A stretch of 63,986 bases of DNA, the filler included, from Choristocarpus tenellus KU-1152 (taxonomy: Eukaryota; Protista; Phaeophyceae), in the NCBI GenBank assembly GCA_964200185.2. It is 10 parts of 10 records of this genome, joined end to end, with 100 filler letters (N's around TTAATTAATTAA, not from the genome) between each part and the next. Parts side by side here need not be neighbours in the genome. Positions count along the whole stretch, not along the records: positions 43,924 to 53,885 come from CAXNAD020003241.1; positions 53,986 to 59,977 come from CAXNAD020009218.1; positions 60,078 to 63,986 come from CAXNAD020017210.1; 7 more parts are not named here. The stretch is one strand, 5' to 3'. Within the stretch, counting starts at the first letter, position 1. Each line of letters begins with the position of its first letter. The translations under genes were made by a program, and so were the position numbers. Positions 50,560 to 63,250 of the stretch are shown in pieces. The notes under the pieces were generated by a model that saw only the letters and a list, made by a program, of their open reading frames with translations, was not told the origin of the DNA and searched no databases.

Positions 50560-52400
50560 AGAGAGAGAAGCTACCAGAGCATCCGTGACCACTCTGGACA
50601 GATGCTCAGGGAATAAGCATCCGTCATGGAAAAGTGGAGGAGATACGTTACAGTGCTCCTCAATACCAAGTCGGTTGGTGTCTACCCAAGCAGTGCTGAG
50701 GCCCTCAATCAACTACCCACATTAATGGACTTCCTTACTTTACCAACAATGATGGAAGTGGGAAGGTTACGGGTTCCGAAAATCTTCCAGTTGGGCTCTC
50801 ATGACTTGTCCTACAGAAGGACGTGAAAATCCTACAGGGTTTCCATTGGACTGTTTAGGCTGTGCAGCGTCAGGAAGTTGTGCTACGAGCCTGGAAAGAT
50901 GTGGTCATCACCTTTGTTCCATATGAAGAAGTGCCACAATGATTGTGGCTACTATGGGCACCTCATTGGTGGCATGTGCTGGCAAAGTCCACCTCGAAGT
51001 TTTTGCACAGCAATTGGGGATTATCTGGAGAACATCCTTCGTCAGGAGCAGTGTGGTTTCCAGCTGCGGCGCTCTACACCGGACATGATGTCAACTGTAC
51101 GAGCCCGTCAAGAGGTTTGCTGGGAAAAGCATGTGCCCCAATTCATGTGTTCGTCGAAATATATGAAGCATACGACTCTATTGATGGTGACCTCCTGTGG
51201 GTTGTGGTGGCCAAATTTGAAATATCTCTGGAGATGATTGTTGTCATCAGCCAACCCCACGATGAAATGGTTGAATGTGTTCGCATAGATGATGTTGAGA
51301 GCACTGACTGGTTGGACAGGGCCTTTGGCAGGGGTGTGTTCTTTCTCCAATCCTCTTCAAATCTTCTTCACTGCAGGTCTAAGCGTGTTAGTTAAGGAGC
51401 ACAACTCTGACCCAGCCATCTTCAAGGACCTTGTTGTCATCAAGAGAGCGGTTGCAAACAACCAGATCAGAGGGGGATCACGAGGGAGTGGGACAACACT
51501 TAAGTGGCCTTTGTGGGGTATGCTATATGCAGATGATGCAGGCATTGTCTCCAAGACCCAAGGAGGTTTGACCAATGATTGACAGTGCTTGTGAAGGTGC
51601 CCAGACCATTCGATCTGACTGCATCAGAGTTAAAGACAGAAATAATGTGTCTTTGACCTCCTGATCAGGCTGTGGAAATCATGCAGATCCAGGCACAAAA
51701 CCAGACCAATAGGTGGACTGATAAGTCTATTTTACCTTGAGGAAACCATCAGTGATGATGCCACTACTATTGCTGAGACCAACTGGAAGATTCAGAAAGC
51801 ATGGAGTTGTTATTGTGAATATGACCAAGTGCTGTGTAACAGGACCTCAGGTGTCTCACTAGAGCTTGAGATTCAAATGGTTAGAGAGGAAGTGCTTCAA
51901 AGTTCTGTTGTATGGATATATGACATGTACACTCCACCAGGCTCATTATCTTCAGCTCCATTCTGTCACCACAATTTCCTCCTCCACTACATAGGTTTAG
52001 GCAAAGGGGAATACACTGATAATGTCCTATCATACAACGATGCACTTATGAAGAGTGGGTGTGAGAGTATCAAGGCAGTGGTGCCCAAGCGGAAGGCACC
52101 TATTTGCTGGGTCAGTTGCTTGTATGGGGGATGAACAACTTCCTCAGGTCTTAATGTTTGGGGACCTTGTGGATGGAAAATGGAATGAAGGTGAGCAGGA
52201 GAAGAACTGGTGGACATACCTCCAATATGACCTTGAGATCCTGAGGATTTTAGAATTGAGGGTTAGAGCACCAAGTGTCTAACCAACAGGGGTGGCATGA
52301 TTGTTTGACTGACAGCACAATAAACTTCATGGCTGAATGGCATACCAAGGAGTCTGTGACAGCCACTGTACATCGCACCAAAGCACCAGGTAAGGCTACA
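50560..52400 (+). mobile_element. RTE-clade LINE RT relic including the 3' coding end
   Basis: KWRRYVTVLLNTK, CGYYGHLI, ILRQEQCGFQLRRSTPDMM, FVEIYEAYDSID..LLW, LWGMLYADDAGIVSKT, LSYNDALMKSGCESI, QLPQVLMFGDL..GEQEKNWWTYL. Many frameshifts. Confidence 0.9.
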
Positions 52401-53499
52401 GAAGTCACCATCATTGCCACCATCACTGTGTGCTGTTTGCTGTTTTCTTTGTCCACTGATTTCCCTTCCATCCTTCTTTGTCGACTATCCTTTCTTTTCC
52501 CCATTCCATTTGTTCATTGGGTCATGGTGTTTTTCTTCTGCAGGTTCTATTCCTCCTCATTCTCTCATTAATAGTCCTGTTGCCTTTTCTCATGTAGTGT
52601 GTCTTTGGACTTCGTTTTCATCCTCGGGTCTGGGATTCCTCAGACTAATGTATTTAATGATACTGATGATTATAATTGAGACCTATTGGAGAAAAGACCC
52701 AAAACGTCCTTCTAGATAGCTTCCAAAATATAACATCTACTCAATTTCACTATCAATATTTGGTATAATCACAGAAGAACGAACAAAAGATCATCTCAAG
52801 CACCTCCTTGTTTAGTGGTGCTATGGAAGTTTGGTTCCAAGGCTCGGCAACTCACCTAACCAGAATCACACCTTTAGATGCCAAGTGAGGGAACACTTTT
52901 GTCAGCTCTGGCTTCAGCTGGGTCAATTTCGGGGAGATAGTAGGAGGTCCCATTCCTTACCACAAGAAAAGAACGGAAAAGGGTTCATCTGAAGGTCCCT
53001 CAGTTTAGGTTGTTGAGGGAGTGAAGGTAGACCCAACAAGGGGAGAAGGGGAAGAAAAGTTTACTCCGAAGAGAGACAATTGCATCACGATGCACATATG
53101 GGGCCTAACCAGGAATTACTTAACAATAACATTGAAGGTCATGAGGACAACCGAGACAAGATAAAATCAGTTAAGCTTCCAAAGTAGAGCTCGAATGGAA
53201 TGGGCTGCAAAAGAAAGCGAAAATGTGTAAGGATTGGAGGAGGAGAAGGTGGACTTCTTGCAAGTACCGCTGTTATGATTATTGTTACAAGGAGCCAAAG
53301 AAATGTTCCCCTGAGCTGTCGCTGAGGTGGCTCCAAGCCCCCGTTAGCTAAAGACAAGGATCACCCAACAGACGTTTGGTTGAGATAATGCAGGATCTCA
53401 TCTGTGCAGTGTATTAAGTTGAAAAATGACAACTTTGATTAAAATAGCAGAAAAATTGAATCGTAATTTCTTTCACAAACGTTGTTTTGCTTTTCCTTT

Positions 53500-53885
53500 C
53501 AGAATTTAATGTAACATAATGTTTGCAGTCCCAACGAAGAAGCAAGATTTTTTTCACATGTTCATATTTTATGGTGAAATCGATCACACAGTAAAAGGAC
53601 GCCCACCAAAATCTCAACAAAATGGAGCAGCGTACACCTATCTACGATTCCGCCCTGAAGCCCTGCAATACTCCATTCCAGCATGGTATTTTGCCGAATC
53701 CACTGAGGCATTCAGGTGGAGCTTGCTCGCCTTCTCAGTCTTTGCTTGTTGAGATGGGTAATTTTGAAGACATTGTCACCCTTCGACCCCAGCACTTGAC
53801 CATAGACTGTGAAGAGGCTTTGCCAGACGCGCTCTAGTGCCTCCTGGGGGTATACATCAAATGCCTCCATTATGGCCTCTACCAG
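53500..53885 (-). mobile_element. Mariner 3' end relic, truncated by the gap
   Basis: Reverse complement matches 38940-39320 and 56490-56760 (GGTGACAATGTCTTCAAAATT..., GGCAAAATACCATGCTGGAATG...). Confidence 0.75.
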
Positions 53886-54269
53886 NNNNNNNNNNNNNNN
53901 NNNNNNNNNNNNNNNNNNNNNNNNNNNNNTTAATTAATTAANNNNNNNNNNNNNNNNNNNNNNNNNNNNNNNNNNNNNNNNNNNNGGTATCTATTACTGG
54001 AGCAGGGTTAATCCCTCCACCTATATTCGGTCCTTGCCCTTGCCTGTCTCGTGTGCCGTCGTCGCCTTCCTCCATCACCTCCACAACCCCACCCTCTCCT
54101 CCCTTTTAATATTTATATATTCTATTATTATGCCGTCCAACATTTTACAGATGTGTTACAGGTACATCGGATTACAAATAAAAGCATATTCATGATGCCC
54201 GTCACAATGCCCTCTAGAGTACGGGCTTCGTTTTTTTTTTCGCCATATTTCTCTATTTTTGAAGAAAGA

Positions 54270-54335
54270 GCGCCCATATTGGGGTTCGAACCCTGGATTG
54301 TAGGTCACCAAGAGTGGCAACAAATATACCATTAC
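54270..54335 (-). other. tRNA-derived fragment (SINE head or pseudo-tRNA)
   Basis: B-box/T-arm CCAGGGTTCGAACCCC...GGGCGC on the minus strand; no complete cloverleaf. Confidence 0.3.
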
Positions 54336-54380
54336 TTGATTAAAATATAGGGTTGTGACAGGAAAGGGATAAAAGATCCC

Positions 54381-54900
54381 TTATAGTGGGAACACTTTCG
54401 GCTGCAACAACAGCTGCACCATTGCTGGTGGGTGTTGCAAGTGGCAGGCTACTTGGACTTCTGCAAAAGCATCCAGATGGAGATCTTTGTCCTGGTAGGT
54501 ATCGTCTGGAAGTGCCCCGACATGGAACACAACATCTCTATGGATGTTCCTGTCCATTGTAAACAGGCTGCTATTCTCCAGAGTGCAAGGGATTCTAATT
54601 CCCCTGCAGAGATGGCCAAGGCATTCCACCATAGGCGTGTGCTGGCGTACTTGTCTTCCTGCCTTAGGACAGGTGCGGGCATGTCAGGTGTCAACCTTGT
54701 GATTCCTACACTGGGCCACCAGGTACCTATAGGATAGGGTCTCCTCCCTCCCTAGAGATCTGCTGGTGGCAAGTTCTAAGCTCCACAGGAGGAATCCAGC
54801 GTGCTGGTTCTAAGGGTTGTGTTGAGGCCCATGCATTGACCCCTTGCCCATATTAGGTCTGGTGGCAGGCTAGCGCTAGAAATGGACTTCCCCTCCCTTG
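54381..54900 (-). mobile_element. CRE-like non-LTR relic: zinc-knuckle and restriction-like endonuclease region
   Basis: HARTCPKAGRQVRQHTPMVECLGHLCRGIRIPCTLENSSLFTMDRNIHRDVVFHVGAL...KDLHLD resembles the H..C......QH / R.D / LD region of RLE-type elements. Confidence 0.65.
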
Positions 54901-55599
54901 TTCCTCTGCATCATTTGGAAGGTTGGCCAGTTGCATTAAAAAGGAGTGGAATTGGTTCCTGTTCAGGAGGGAGATGTCTATATACTTCAATGTATGTTTT
55001 GTCCTCTAATGACATGTTTCAGGTATGTGTCAAGGAAAAATAAAGAGCAAAACTATATTACAACCACAACATTTTTTCGTGATATATATGCAAAATGTTA
55101 AGAGGGTGTCTATGGTGACATATGTTAGAAGGACTACATTATATAGCTCTCTCGTTCGGAATGAAAGGTAACATAATTCCTTCAAGCTCTGCTTTAGCCC
55201 AGGAACGACCCACGTGATAAACCCTCTAGCCTAGGCTTAGTTCTTATATAGATTGGGAGGCGTGCAAAGTTTGAGATGGTGGGCTGTCATGATTGTGGAG
55301 GATCAGCAGTGCAAAGTCGACCAAGTCGCATTTGGTGGAGTTCAAAAGCTTTGTGAAACTGTCAAAGCAAGTGTTATTGGATGAGTACGATGAAGGCCCC
55401 CCATCGTTCGAGCGTCTTGCTCATCCTTTCGTCGTTTGTCAGTTCCAATTATTTGACGCAGAAGTCTGTCCAGGGTCCAGACTCAGACACCCCGATGAAG
55501 AACAGCATGGTGGCATGATGTTTGGAGAAAGGGTGTGAGATTCGTATGCCCTGAGGGACAGCAGCGACCATCGTGGAGGACTTAAAAATTTCCCGAATC

Positions 55600-56760
55600 A
55601 CTGTGTTCCACAATCTGAAGAAGTATGACAGCTAGATCGCACGAGGTAAATGCATGGGCATTGTATGACATCAAAAGGGGTGATGTGGCCACCATAAAGG
55701 TATCCTCGACATTTGGGATGTCCCATCACACATCCTTCCGCAAATGGGTGGCCAAGACTGGGGTCTCCCTTGCCTCGTTGCAGGATCTGCACAAGCGCGA
55801 GAAGATGAAGAAGGTAAAGTGGTGGATTAAGCCAGTCCTCTCAGACCAGTAGAGAGTCGACAGGGTGGGCCTCGTCATCAGCCACACACAAAGGAGGGGG
55901 GAAAGGGGGTAGTGGTGGGCGATCTATATGACTTGGGGCATGAGGGCAAAGCGGTTTTACATCTTCAAAGATGGGTAAGGTGTGTACCTGCACCCCACTG
56001 AGGACCCCCCGCGGACCCCTGCAGACACAAAATAAGTGTTTCATTGTGAAGGTAATGTTCCGTGCAGCTGTGGCTCACCCTAAGAAGATCTCCAGTGGGG
56101 TGTGGTTTGATGGGAAAAATCGGTATCTGGTCAATCATGGACAATAAGGTCCCTCAGCACTCGAGCAAACACAGTCCCAAAGGCACCAAGGTCCTTGTGC
56201 CAGCCATGGTGGACGGGGAGAGCTATAAAAAGTTCATGATTGAGGATGCCATCCCGACAATCAAGGCACACATACCTAAGTCGGACGGATAAACCATCTT
56301 CGTGGAAGAAGACAGTTCAAACACAACAAAAGAGGGATCATGGAGGCAGTCAAGGAGACAGCGGGGGACGGCATTGTCATAGAGACGCAGCCAGCCAACT
56401 CAACTGACCTGAACGCCAACAACCTGGGATTATTTTGTTCCATCCAGCAACTGAAGGAAGACGTGGGGGTGGCCGACACAGAGAAGCTGATGAAGGCCAC
56501 AATGAATGCGTTCAATGTCTACCACTAGAGTGTGTCTGGCAGAGCCTCTTTGCAGTCTACAGTGAAGTGCTGGGGTCCAAGGGGTGACAACGTCTTCAAA
56601 ATTCCCCATTATAGAAGGTTGAGCATGCAGGCAAGCTCCCCTCGAATGCCTTGGTGGATGCGGCAAAATACCATACTGGAATGAAGTTTTGGAGGGTTTC
56701 AGATAGGTGTAGGATGCCCCACTTTTCTTGAGATGTTTTGAGCAACCTTTTAGTGTCTAC
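55600..56760 (+). mobile_element. Mariner-like (DD39D-type) transposase pseudogene, second subfamily
   Basis: WWIKPVLSDQ, KVMFRAAVAHP..WFDG, KIGIWSI..HSSKHSPKGT, YKKFMIEDAIPTIK, IETQPANSTDLNANNLGLFCSIQQL, GDNVFKIPH. Confidence 0.85.
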
Positions 56761-57106
56761 AGAATACATCCATAAGATATCCAAGAGTTATTTTACATTT
56801 AATTCCGAACGTAGGAAGTATCTTATTTATGTTACATAATACAATGATTTTTGGATATGTTGAGAAACCAACACCAAATATCCAATCTACAAGGAATGTG
56901 AAAATGATTATTGCAGGTAATAATGTATATTCACTACTCCAATCTGATTTTTTTTTTAACAAGCAAATATCACATTTCAACTGTATCGCATGATTTGAAT
57001 ATTGTATTTTACAGATCACTACACCTAGTGCCAGTAGTAGGACCAGGTTGTTAACAAAACGCACACCTTAAGTAAGCGAGCGACGGAAGTTCGTCTGGAG
57101 GCCGCC

Positions 57107-59977
57107 ATGTCTAATGCTGCTGTATTCTCGCAGCTACGAACTTTCGCGGTAGGTCTGGAGGTCAATGCGCGGGCAATTAGACAACTGCTTGAACGTGACG
57201 ATAAAAACAACAACGGCAATGATGAGGATACAGGCCTCATCGAGGGTGAGGTTCTGCTCGAAGTCGAGGTTCGGCCTATTGATCGGCCATCCAATGAGAT
57301 CACTGTCTACAAAAAAAATGTAAAACCTTTTTTGGGCCTCGCTGCCTGATTCTCTGGTATTCCTGTACCCACCTTCCATCGTGTAGACCTTCGCTACACC
57401 ATACTCATTGTTGTGTACAATACATGGAAGAAAGCTATTCCAGCCTCGAGACAAGAATACCTCATTTTATTTGCGCCAAGACGAGTCTATAGTAAACACC
57501 GTCTTACGTATCTCTCGTGTTAAGGTGCAAGTCCAGAGGACACCGCAAAGGAGATGATTAGCGAGGTGGCCGAGCAAGACACTCTCTTGAGGAGAATTGA
57601 AGAAACTATGGAAGCTCAACAACCTCGTCAAGAGGTAAGCGATGCCCAGGATGAAGAAGCTTATGTGGGCAATCGAGTGAGCAATATTTCCTTGGTGTAA
57701 CTGTCCCAGTGGGATCCTGGCAGGGAGATACTGCTCGCTACAACCAACAAACTCCGCCAGGTCATAGACCAAAGCGAAGCGGGTGCAAATGCCAGAATTT
57801 GTGCTTCATCATCGGCAACATTGCTCGTTCCCAGAATTGCATGCACCTTCTGGTAACATCTGTTACAACGAGTCGTTTCCCTTCTACCCAATGCTTTTCC
57901 TATCCATTTTCTTACGCCTTAAACTACTCACTGTAATCAGATGCGAGAGCGCCTTGGACGATTGTGTGAGTACAACAGAATTGCCTTTGAGGACCTTGAG
58001 GAGCGACTTGCTGAGGTGATCATTTTTTGCCATCCATACTTTCCGTATATATTCAACCGCCTCTCTCTGGGTACGCTTTGCTGCAGACTATCCCCACCCA
58101 TTCTGCATGGCATCCTTTCTAGTAGTGCAACATTTGATCGCTATTCTCACTTGATCTCTTTGACCCATGCATTGAATACTCCGTGCTAACCATTCTGAGC
58201 AGAACTGTCATGATCCATTGCCTATAGCTAGTCCCCCAAATTTTGATACCTCTGCGCCCCCCGTTGTCTCTCCCACGTCTCGTTTACCTATCCAGTGTGA
58301 GGCAGCTTTGCAGATTGTAGTTTCTCCCTCCAAAGAACAGCCTGTATTCACTGGCTTCTAATAGCTGACTCCTACCTTAAGAGTCTTATCTTGCCTCCCT
58401 CAATATTTGTTGCTGTTTGTTGTAGTTTGGGTACACGGTGCAGCCAAAGACCCGCCAGGAACCCATCCACAGGCAAACACCTCCAAAAGATGTTCTTGGG
58501 AAGGAGCGTTCTCACCGTGGTCAGTTATGGCTAGATATTTTGATTGAGACTTCTCGTAGTGGAAGGGATCAGGTGATCGGGGAGGAGACGTTGACTGTCA
58601 GCATTGGCTGTTATCCTTAGCAGTGTCTACTATGACGTCACTACTGGATAAGAGGCTCACTGACAGAGTGATTCCCACAATAAAACACTCTGACTTGGGT
58701 TTGGTAGGAACACCTATTCTCTTTCAAGAATCTTTTGTGATGGTTGAGTGGGAAGCAATGAAGGCAGCCCATGTAGCAGTTGAGATTCCATCTCGCCTAT
58801 TGGTTTTCTCCCCAAGCAGCCATTTGACCACTACCGCCTACCTCTACCTGGGTGTGTATGATTTGGACACAGAGTAAGAACACGCGTAAGATTTGTTTGA
58901 TGGGCAAGAAAAGGCAGGGATCTTGAGCACCCTTTTTTTTTTCCTTGTGACGGTTTTCTGCATGTGCAAACAGGTTGACTTGAGTTCAATTGTTAAGCTA
59001 ATGTTCCGCTCTTCCCCCAGGCTAATTGATCTTCACTCCTATTTTATTTTTTCCCTTTCTCCATCCCCCCAGTCACAACAACATCTCCACCAGTGCCAGC
59101 TCAAGCAGACAAGGATCCAGTAGAAGATTTTAGTGGGAGGGAAGAGCCCAAAGGTTTGGAGGCAAAGGAGGGTTGCACAGGAACAGAGCCGGAGCTGGCT
59201 TCCTTGGTTGCTGAAGCAGAAGGCGTTGCCGATGCCTGTGCAAAAGAAAAAAAGTCTTGCCCCACAACCACCGTCGCGGCAGCTACATCTCTTCCAGGTG
59301 TGAAGGAGGAGGAAGCAATGGGAGGGGAAGGGGAGGAGGACATTGAGTGTGTTGAAGGGCGTAAGGACAATGTTGTCGACAACGGTGATCCTCCAACTCC
59401 AACCATGGCCGACTGGGAAATCTCACAGGTGAGGAGAAGGGCATTGCTTGGAGAAAACAAGTCAGAGGGTGGCGGGTAGATTGATCACTGTTGTCCAACT
59501 ATGTTTTAGTCCATATCCCTGCTCAAAATAGTTAACCCTAACACTTTCCTCTGAATGTTGCTGAGGAGTGATGAAATAGACGGTGCTGTAGGAGAGGGGA
59601 ATTCAGTCTTTGGGACTGTGTAGTAGTGAGTTATTAGAAATGGTTCTAAGTTTCGTTCGGCACAAAACACCCACCTTCAACCTCACTTCCCACTTCATAC
59701 TTCTCCATGTGCATTGTGCTGAAGAGATGATCAACCCCACCAATACTCCCCCTTTTCCCCATCACTCCTTCTCTTCTGTCCCCCCTCCTCCCCCCGGCAT
59801 TCCATCTACTCTGTGTATGCTGGCAGGCAACCCGTGACATCCTTTTTCCAAGAACTAAGGGAGGAGAATGGGAAATTGATGAGGAGGGTAAGGGGGGGGG
59901 GGGGGGGGGCAGAAGACGCCCCCCGGTTGGTCCATCTCAGGCCGTTGGCGCCGCCTGGGGGGGGGGAGGGGCTGATC
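57107..59977 (+). CDS. SKA3-like: SKA3-like spindle/kinetochore protein, 5' part (3' end lost in the gap)
   Basis: Exons 57107-57245, 57525-57634, 57941-58015, 58426-58519, 59073-59428, 59827->, phases 1/0/0/1/0. N-terminal helical region MSNAAVFSQLRTFAVGLE...LCEYNRIAFEDLEERLAEFGY (Ska3 N..LE..L..YGY motif), a disordered acidic linker, then PPTPTMADWEIS (cf. Ska3 SPQLSDFGL). Confidence 0.7.
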
Positions 59978-60451
59978 NNNNNNNNNNNNNNNNNNNNNNN
60001 NNNNNNNNNNNNNNNNNNNNNTTAATTAATTAANNNNNNNNNNNNNNNNNNNNNNNNNNNNNNNNNNNNNNNNNNNNCCCCCCTCGCAGGCACCCTTAGC
60101 ACAGGGTTTTTCCCCTTCTTGGGGCAGGAAAGGGGAGGTCAGGGGAGGGGGGTGAGGGGGGAGGGCAGAACAAGAGGTTTTGCATGGGTTGGTCCCAAGA
60201 AATCACTCTAGACATGGCATGTGATATGCTGACGGAATTATCACTCAAGAAAAAAACAGATCAGAGTTATGAGCCACATGACTGAGTGCGTCCGTCCACT
60301 CACTCACTGCTCCTACTCTAACATATATTAGCTGGGTCACACACTCTTCAAAGGCAACCCACAACGACCCAGATAGTGTGATATGACTTCGATCAGGTGC
60401 ATGTATTGTGGCAGCTGAGCACGGGATGTACAAAAACAACGGTATTCTCAC

Positions 60452-61777
60452 CTGGAAAAAGATCAACTCGAGCTCCATGGATGGTCCGCTTCCTGCGAGA
60501 CCTTGGAAGTGACGGATGAGATGCATGTCCATTTTGCTGCATGTCAAACATGGGTTGTGGCGTAGTCAAAGAAGGTTGGGTAGACATGGCCAGGAATAAT
60601 GTCCAATTGCAGATGTGCTAGATGATAAATTCATCTGCACCCGTACAAGTGAAAATGTGATGAAGGGGGTGGACGATTCACATTAGTCCCTCACATTTCT
60701 GGACCCTAGTGTCGGGAAAAAGAAGATCAACATCAAAGTCAACTTGACCCAGAAATACATGGTCTGAACAAAAAGAGTGGGTTGCTTTCATCCACAATAA
60801 CTCTTCATCCCTCTTGTCACAGTTAACTAGCTCCAGAATTTTACAGCCTACCACGTTTTCCCTGTCACAGCCAATAATGGACGGTACACTGCACCAGGGG
60901 GGTCTGCCTCCAGTTGCTTAGTAGGCTCAAGCCATCTCTCTAAGGAGCACCTAAATTTCGAGCAAAATACCGCTGTACATACACTACAGCAGCAACCCTT
61001 GCAGCAACAAAATAATACTATATGCAGAAGATTTCTTCACAAACTACAGGTGTCATCTGGCATGCAAGTTCTCATCACATGAAGCAAGTCTTAAATGGCA
61101 CACCCCCATAACAGGGATTGGGAATACTCATATCGTATTCCCAAACGCCTTGAGCCCTCAATACCGACAAGATTTTGACAAAGAATTTCAAGCTACGATC
61201 TTGACTTTGGCAAAATATATGCCCAGAGAATTGACTCTAATGTACGGGGACTCACCGCCCTCCCCTGGCCATGAGTATGGCACTCCTAGGATCGTTCTGG
61301 TCGTCGTTCGTCCAGCCCAGCATGGCTGGCGCAGTGTTACAGCCATCCAGCCTGCTCAGGGCCTTCACCTCACCTTCCACGCCATTACCAACTCCATCCG
61401 CAATCTTCAATACCTGCGCGTTGACATTGGACTAAGTGAGAAGCGTCGATTGAATTGAGGATGATAAGAAAAAAATTCGAGCGAGTAGTACGACTACTGT
61501 ACAAAAGGGTCGGGTAGTACTACGGAAAGGACGGGGACCTACGATAGAGCAGAGGGAGGGTCATGGATTCTAACGCTTTATCCAACCTTTATCTACACCT
61601 GGTCTAAGCCTTCCGACACAAACATAGCTCTGCTCGCTTCCCTCTCGCATTCCTTCCATTGGAGCATATCCCCATTTGTTTTACCTTCAGCGCAAACGGT
61701 GGGGATTTTCCTCACAGAGTCGATGAGGGCGAGAATTTTGGCTGATGGGGGCATCATCATGTCCTGTCTACGCTGTC
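60452..61777 (-). CDS. Protein-kinase-like gene, partial (exons 61777-61599, 61431-61256, 60950-60852, 60536-60452)
   Basis: Phases 0/2/2 give QVLKIADG..GVEGEVKALSRLDGCNTAPAMLGW..AILMARGGRCSLERWL...ELELIFFQ, resembling subdomains II-VIa. HRD/DFG exons are not seen before the gap. Possible further upstream exons near 61971-62091, 62450-62517 and 63609-63859 are not phase-resolved. Confidence 0.55.
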
Positions 61778-62599
61778 CTGGCAAGGAGAAGGGAAAAACT
61801 GAATCAGCGCCTTGGAATCCTACTCCAACGGTTTCATTTCTCAAATATGTCCAAAAATTCAAGTTTAGAACTTTCGAGAAGCATTGACATCTTCGCCCCT
61901 CACCAATCCAAGTTCGCAGTCTCTCCAACCAGTCCAAATCCAGGTACTGATCCTAGTCACTAGCCATCCTCCCTGCTTGTTGAATCTTTGGAGGTCAGCC
62001 TCTGGAGGTCTTCCACGATCCCACGCGTCGGATACTTATCAGTGTCGTTCACGATACGGTCAAGGGGAAGGGCAGAACTCTTTGCGAGATCCTGTAGATA
62101 TCTATTGGATATCTATTTGATATTGTCATGACATCAGACATGTTTTGGTTTGAACAAAAATTAGAACCATAAACAGATCGAAAATTGTATCTCCACCGGA
62201 GGCGCAAACAGGTGGAAGATCAAACAACTAGTATTATTTGTAGTAGTGAGATTTTCCAGGCGAAAAACCAATGAAAACTACTACTCACATATCAGAAAAA
62301 TTATCGTAAAAGTACCAGTGATCATAAATGTGAAAAAATTTTCTCTATTTACTATTTAACTACCACCTATCCTATCCCACTCCTTTCTCGTCTCCAACGT
62401 AGCTCAGTCCTGCGGCCTAGGGAATGGAAAGAGTCTTACAAGTCCGTCCTTGTCCATCTCCCTGGTGTCTCGAGCTTAAAACGTGTAACACGTCTAGACA
62501 GGGCCACCTGCGTTGTAACAGAGACAATTTGTAATAGGTTGGATTTGACTGCGCCTTTCCTGCAGCATTGTGGTGCCATGTGGTCAGGTCCTGTGTGAT

Positions 62600-63250
62600 G
62601 GGGGGTGATAACAACTACCAGAGACTAGGTGTCGGAAAGAAGTGAGAGGTGGGACTGAGGTATACTGGGGGTGGGTTATAGCATGTTCCTCAATCCCAAT
62701 TCTGATTGGCTGCAGCCAGTCCGAAGAGAAAATAAAACTATACCCATGTTTCCTGGTTGAAATCACCGTTCATCTCAGGATCACAGCGAGCTGGTCGTGC
62801 ATTTCACCCAAATCACATCACCTTCACTACCCTCATTGGCAAAAAATGGCGCGCGTAATGGTTATGACTACACGCCGTGTATCATATCAATGTGTTGGGC
62901 AACACAACTGCGACCTGTCCCTCACATTACCCCCCTCCCCAATTTAGGTTCTATCCAACATGAACACAAAAGGGGCTGGCCAGCACTTCATGCCAGACAG
63001 GTCCTTGAGAGGAAAACTCCTGTTTCTTGAAACAACTCCACGGAAACAGATAATCAACCCTAGTGGTCACACTCCAGTTCAGGGTATGAATGTCTGCGAC
63101 AACGGGTGGAAATCATGGAATAGTTTTGTGGATATGCCTGCCCTGTCTCTTACATACAGCTGGGAATCCCAGGAGATAACTCTCAGTATCACCACAGCTT
63201 CGATATCTTCAAGTAACCCATTGGGATTATTGCAGGGACAGTGCCAAGAG
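62600..63250 (-). mobile_element. Possible Ty1/copia protease/GAG-pre-integrase relic
   Basis: Weak, frameshifted fragments only (HIDMIHGV.., TWV*FYF). Confidence 0.2.

Noticed and set aside
34268-59977. Apparent cell-cycle gene cluster (LIN54-like, SKA3-like, DUB)
   Set aside because: The genes are on different contigs separated by artificial spacers.
61699-61887. Plus-strand ORF with CxxC suggesting an hAT/BED zinc finger
   Set aside because: It is antisense to a well-bounded, phase-compatible minus-strand exon of the kinase-like gene.
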